From positions 1 to 64,000 of the forward strand of contig CDMY01001064.1 in the NCBI GenBank assembly GCA_001179505.1: a DNA stretch of 64,000 nucleotides. Direction: 5' to 3'. This stretch comes from Vitrella brassicaformis CCMP3155. Taxonomy: Eukaryota > Protista > Chromerida. Numbering within the stretch: the first letter of the stretch is position 1; each line of letters opens with the position of its first letter. The position numbers and the translations under genes were made by a program. The notes below the pieces were generated by a model. That model did no database searches, had not been told where the DNA came from, and saw only the letters and a program-made list of their open reading frames with translations. This document shows positions 58,949 through 64,000 of this stretch, piece after piece.

Positions 58949-61900
58949 TCACTCATCCTCAGCCGCTGTTCCTTGCCGATCTCCTCCTTGCACCAAGGCA
59001 GCGAGGTACGATCGGCTGATGGTCACGCGTTTCCGGGAGGTGATGACGACCGGCAGGGAGGCATCTTTTGCTCGGCACTTCTGAAGCAGCAGCCTGCGGA
59101 CCTGACCCACACAAGCATAGCCCACTGTGGATGAAAGCTCTTGGCGAGTGCATCCATACAGCCGGGAGTGGAGTAAGTGCAGTGCAGTGCATGGGCTGAC
59201 CGCGTATCGATGGGAGCCGAAGAAGTCGAGCGAGTAGTCCTTACTCCGGCCGCCTCCAAGGCGAACGCGGATCTTCGCCCGCGACGCCTTGCGGTCCACA
59301 GCCACCACCTCGCCCAACATTTCTCGGCCCTCACCTTCAGCATCATCTGCTGTGTCACCGCTGGTGTCCATTGCCAGCAGCAGGCGATACTGCAGCTGTG
59401 TCCTGTCGAGCTGGTCTGGGGGAGTGGTCAGCCACAGCTTCAGCGAGGAGGGGGCGATGGACAGCACGCGGAAGGTGGCCTTCTCCTTGCTCTTGCACAG
59501 GGACTCCAGCGCAGCCTGGACCTGCCACACACATACACACACCACAAGCAATAGGGGCCTGGCCTGTCTGAACGACCGACCGACAGCCCATGCATGCAGC
59601 TGGCGGACCGACCTCGTCCCTTTTGGCGCTCCCAGACCCTCGTGGGACGATGCACCAGCCCACCCCAGTCAGCCCATTCATCTCGACGTGCGCGCGTGTG
59701 CGATCGGCAGAGATGGAAGACACCAGGCCCGTCACGTAGTCGCCCGTCTGAGGACAGCCGTCGTCCAGGGGACCGACATAGGGCGTGCGGTAGTTGTGCT
59801 CGAGGAGGTATGACGGGCTGAGGCACACGTGTCTCGGGGAGGCGACGACGATCGGCAAGGAGGCGTCTTGGCTTTCCTGCTTCTCGATCAGCATCCCGGT
59901 GACCTGCCCGGCCAGATGTAAGGATGGATGAGTGACAAGGATGTCGCAGAGACACACGACACGAATGTGGCTGGTTGAAGGGGGGGAATGCGTGAGCTGA
60001 CCTTGGCTTCCTCGTCTCGGGAGAAGTGGGCGACGTCGAGCCAGTACTCCTTGCTACTGCCGTTGTTGTGCTCAACACGGATCCTCGCGCGCCTCATCTC
60101 TCGCTCCACAGCTACCACCTCCCCCAGCACCTCACCATCAGCCTTCCGCATGTACTTGGCCTTCTCGTCACGGCTCCCTTCCACCGTCCCTGCCTGTGTG
60201 AAGCCGCGATTGACCTGCTGAAGGAACCGCTTTCGCCCCCTTTCTGTGATTTCGTCTGCGGGGTTGGGCTCGCTGCTTTGAGCGTAGCTTTGCAGGGCCT
60301 CCAGCTGTGCCGCCAGCCAGGGCAGCTCCGATTCTAGCTGCGCGGCCCGGGCGATGTCGGGGCGGGTGGGGCGATCACCTGAACAAACGGGAGGAGGACA
60401 TTACACACACAGCCGAAGAGAGACTGACTCATGGCAGTCATAGTACTTACCACCGTCTGGCGGAAGGGCTATGTGCCGCACATTCACGCTTTGCGGGTCA
60501 CACGCATCCTTGACAAGGCCTTCAATCGCCTTCAGGCCCATGTACCTCCCAACAAGCCGCCCCTTCAACGCCGCTATTTCTTCCTTTGCTTCAGGCAACC
60601 CCTCTCGCTCCTCCCCTCGGTCCTCAAGCACCTTCCTCACAGCCTCACGCCACTTCTGCCACACAAGCGCCACGCATACACCTTCCGTCAAGTATGCTTG
60701 AGCCAGGTGTTGCAGCAGGGCCAAGGACTCGTCATCGAGTGACTGTTTGATAAGAAGCGGCCAGAAGGTTGACTGGAGGTGGGTGAGGGGCCGTGAGAGC
60801 TCGTGACTGAACGGCTCGAGGGCCGTGAAAAGGGGGTCTGCCAGGTGGTGCTGGATGGCCTCCATGCCTGCGATCGACAGACCCACGGCGCGGACAGCGT
60901 CTTTCTTGAGCGACAAATCACCTGAAGGCCATCCCATCATACGTATACTCAAGTTGAGTGAAATGAATGTTCCCCGCGTACTCAGACATACAGCATACAC
61001 ACACCTGACCTGTGCTCATGACGTCGGCAGCCTGCGCCAGCCATGTCCGGAAATGGGTGAAGACCTGCGCCAGCTGGACCGACTGCCGATCACTCAAGGC
61101 AGCTGGTGGGGGTGCTGGCTCTGTGTTTGGGTCTGAGGGTGGGGGTGAGGTCGGTTGCGTAACCGCCAGCCTCTTCTCCGTGATGCATGACACGGGCCAC
61201 ACTATGGCCAGCTGCGGGCAGAGGCGCGATAGACGGGGGGCTTGGTTTCCAGACGATGCGGATGATGCTGTCCACGACACAGCCAGACAGACAGACAGCA
61301 CGTGCCGGACACACATTCAAGCCGGCAGGTCCCATACCCTCACATACCACATAGGTGTGTGCAGGTGCTCACCTCACCTTGCAACAACATTGCCATTGCC
61401 TGGGGTGCCGCATCAGCCAGCAGCCCGACCGCCTGTCCTTGAAGCCCTACAACATCCACCCTCCTCTCATCCAGCACCACAGCCGCACTCAACACACTCA
61501 AGAGGTCCGAGAACGTCATCTTCCCGCCGTTGCCACTCCTACTGCCGCCCTCGCCCGACTCGGCCGCGATATACCGCGCTAGTGCCCCCTCCCAGAGAGC
61601 CAGCAGCGGACCAGACGAGTGATTCAAAAGCGCAAAGTCGCGCAGCACGCGGCTGGCGGACACCAGAGCGTCTCTCTTCGTCGGCGGAGAAGAGTCGGCT
61701 TCGCCCTCGCTGTCGAGGTCCACGAGGCGGCGGGCGAGCACGTCGAAGAAAGATGCGTCGAGGACGTTGGCGTGAGTGCAGAGGCGGATGAGCCGTTCGG
61801 CCGACGGGCGAGGGAAGAGGTCGGCGCACTTCTGGGCATTGAAGCTGAAGCGGGCCCAATCCTCACTGTCCACTGGAACCCGATCTACATCCGTCAGCAC

Positions 61901-62211
61901 ACACAATACACCGAAACTCGCATACAGTACATGCCTTCCCTCCCCTTTCTTTCATTACCTCTGACGAGCCTCTGTGCGGTCCGCATGAGGCTCAAGACAC
62001 TTGGCGGCGTCCGCAAGGGGTCATCCATGCCAACAGGTGCATCAGCAGAAGCTTCATCAGCAGCCGGTGCAGGGGCACTATCGGCCTGCGTTCTCCTGAT
62101 CTTCCTCGGCCGCCGCCGCCTTCTGACATGTTGGGTGCGAGCTGCTGCCACTGCAGAGGCAGACTCAGCGCTGGCGGCGCTCAGAAGGTAGGCGAAGCGA
62201 CGAATGGACAT
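58949..62211 (-). CDS. Large probably organelle-targeted protein with a helical N-terminal region and C-terminal S1/OB-like repeats, spliced
   Basis: R/S/A-rich presequence MSIRRFAYLLSAAS; repeated (V/M)LGEVVAV(E/D)R...RA(R/K)IRV...G.SK(E/D)Y.LD...DASLP(I/V)V..S...V.(L/I)S.SYL; plus GDYVTGLVSSISADRTRAHVEM. Confidence 0.7.
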
Positions 62212-62726
62212 CTTCTCACTCGGGATGATTGATTGGCATGCCTGGCGTGTGCACACACCTGCCACACGCACAGAAGACCTGTGCTGCCTGTCCGTCTTTG
62301 TTCCAGCTCTTTTACTTACGGTATCGCTTCTTCTCTTCGATGGACTCCCACAGATCACATTGCCTTTCCCTTCAGCATTTCACCTCCCATCGCGTCGCTG
62401 TGCGAGCTTCCAGTGGGCGAGCTTGGCTCGCGAGGGGGGAAGAAGGACAGGAGGACGCGATATATCGCGCATCGAGGGAGCGCAGCATAGCAAGCTTCCA
62501 AAGATCTCTTTGAGGATCTTCAAGTGGCACACGTGGAGCAGTCAGTTGCGGCTGAGACGAAGGTGTTCCATTGACGCCAGGCCAGGTGAGTGAGGGGATG
62601 GGCAGCAGGGGGGGTAGCGCAGAGCAGACAGATCGACCACCGTCCTCGCCCAGTCCTTTTCCCGCGCCTGTGCGTCTATGCTGTTCGGTTGTGGTCAGAC
62701 CAGGCGGTCTTAATCCATCTGTCCCG

Positions 62727-64000
62727 ATGAGTGATCCCCAAGCGCCAGCGGACTTCCATCCCCCCAAGGCCGCCCCTCTGCGCGATGACCTCTTCGGTCC
62801 AGCTGACGACGACTCATTCATGAGGGCCCTCGCACAGCCCCAGCAACAACAACAGCAGCAGCAACAGCAGCAGCAGCAGGCACCATCAGCGGGGAGCACG
62901 TTTCCATCTTCCACAGCCCCGCCGTCGGCAGGCGGTCCGGCAGGGGCAGTGCCGCAGCCATATGTGGGTGTGCAGGGCGGCGTCAAGACCAACACGGCAC
63001 AGCTGTTCGGTGATGACGATGCCACCGACAGTGTGTTCGCCACTGATCCATGCAGACCGGGATTCCATGGTGAGAGAGGAGGGAGGGTGCGAAGGAAAGG
63101 GACAAAGGAGGAGCTTCGGTTGACCGTTCGTGGTATGTGTTTCTGACATCAGATTCTTCATCGGCTGCCTCTCCGGCTCTGGGTTTGTCATCCCTGACGG
63201 CGCCATCGAGTGAGCGTCCGTCGCTGTTCCCCCACTCCCCTGCCCCCGTCCACCCCTCACCCGCCCAACACCAACAACAACACCAACAGCAACAACAGCA
63301 GCAGCCCTTCTCGTTCCAGTCACCCCCACCACCGCAACAGCGGCAACAGCACCGACACCAGACATCCCCCGTGCCATCCCCCATACAGCTGCATAACGGT
63401 CCCGGTATTGCCGTGAGGGGCGCACACGAGGAGGGTGCAGCGCCAGCGCCTTCTGTGGCCGTGCAGCCACCGGTCAACCCCTTCGTGACATCCCCGCCGA
63501 CGTCCAACACGTCTCTCGACACGGCCCCATCGAGCACCACCACCACCACCACCACAACATCGGCCTTCTCACGGTCCATCTCGCCACCGGCCTTCGCGCA
63601 GCAGGCGCCATCCACCGCCGGAGCGTCCACACCGGGGAGGCCCGCACCCATCGTGAGTCCGTTCCGGCCGTCGACAGGGGCGTCTCCCGTTGCCTCGCCG
63701 GGTGTGGCGCCCGTCCCGGCCAGCACCACCACGCCCCCGCCTCGCCCGAGCCCCCACACACCCATCCCGGCGGCCACTCAGGGACCATTCGCGCCACAGG
63801 CACCATCCCAGCCGGTGGCCCCACCACAAGTGCCGGTCAGTCTGGCCGTTGGCCCTGGGCCGGCGTCGACAGCAGCTGGGGGAGGTTTGTCGCCGTCGCA
63901 GAGGGTGTCGGGTCGACCCAACTGTGCGGTGTTTGCGTTTGGGTTTGGCGGCAAGGTGGTGACGATCATCCCCACGAAGCCGACCCACAAGTTCCAGACC
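62727..64000 (+). CDS. 5' part of a Pro/Ser/Ala-rich protein with LFG-acidic motifs (runs off the window)
   Basis: MSDPQAP...DDLFGPADDDSF...QLFGDDDATDSVF. An intron about 63069-63153 is followed by an open P/S-rich frame to the window end. Confidence 0.6.

Noticed and set aside
1-64000. CRISPR arrays, rRNA/tRNA genes, transposase or reverse transcriptase
   Set aside because: No regularly spaced repeats, RNA-gene signatures or mobile-element motifs were seen by eye. A tRNAscan/Infernal run would be needed to exclude small RNAs.

Overview
Intron-rich, GC-rich eukaryotic genomic DNA. Short introns are full of (CA)n/(GT)n and (CAGA)n/(TCTG)n microsatellites, and the window holds a CDPK, an ApiAT/SLC43-like transporter and proteins with bipartite leaders. 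This points to a myzozoan alveolate, most likely a chromerid such as Vitrella (inference from sequence style). I reconstructed about 22 spliced genes by hand: a bacterial-type FBPase, a PH-domain protein, NOG2, a CAMK kinase, a large Q/P/H/RGG low-complexity protein, a two-repeat beta-barrel-like secreted protein, a tandem acetamidase/formamidase, IDO, an amino-acid MFS transporter, a plastid-targeted orphan, a cytosolic orphan, a J-domain chimera, an atypical kinase, an Ig-domain aryl sulfotransferase, a Ubl-ART, a CDPK, a quinone oxidoreductase, a BTB protein, a DEK-C/SWIB protein, an S1-repeat organellar protein and a partial Pro-rich gene. No rRNA, tRNA, CRISPR or intact mobile element was seen, and there is one 300-N assembly gap. 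Main findings: (1) a young chimeric gene built from scrambled pieces of a neighbour about 20 kb away, joined at microhomologies and in frame with a truncated J-domain; (2) a possible tryptophan/aromatic catabolism neighbourhood (amidase + IDO + transporter); (3) polarised complementary repeats that could fold introns into hairpins; (4) a recurring paired GCGAGCT(T) motif in divergent promoters. Exon boundaries and domain calls are manual and were not checked against databases.
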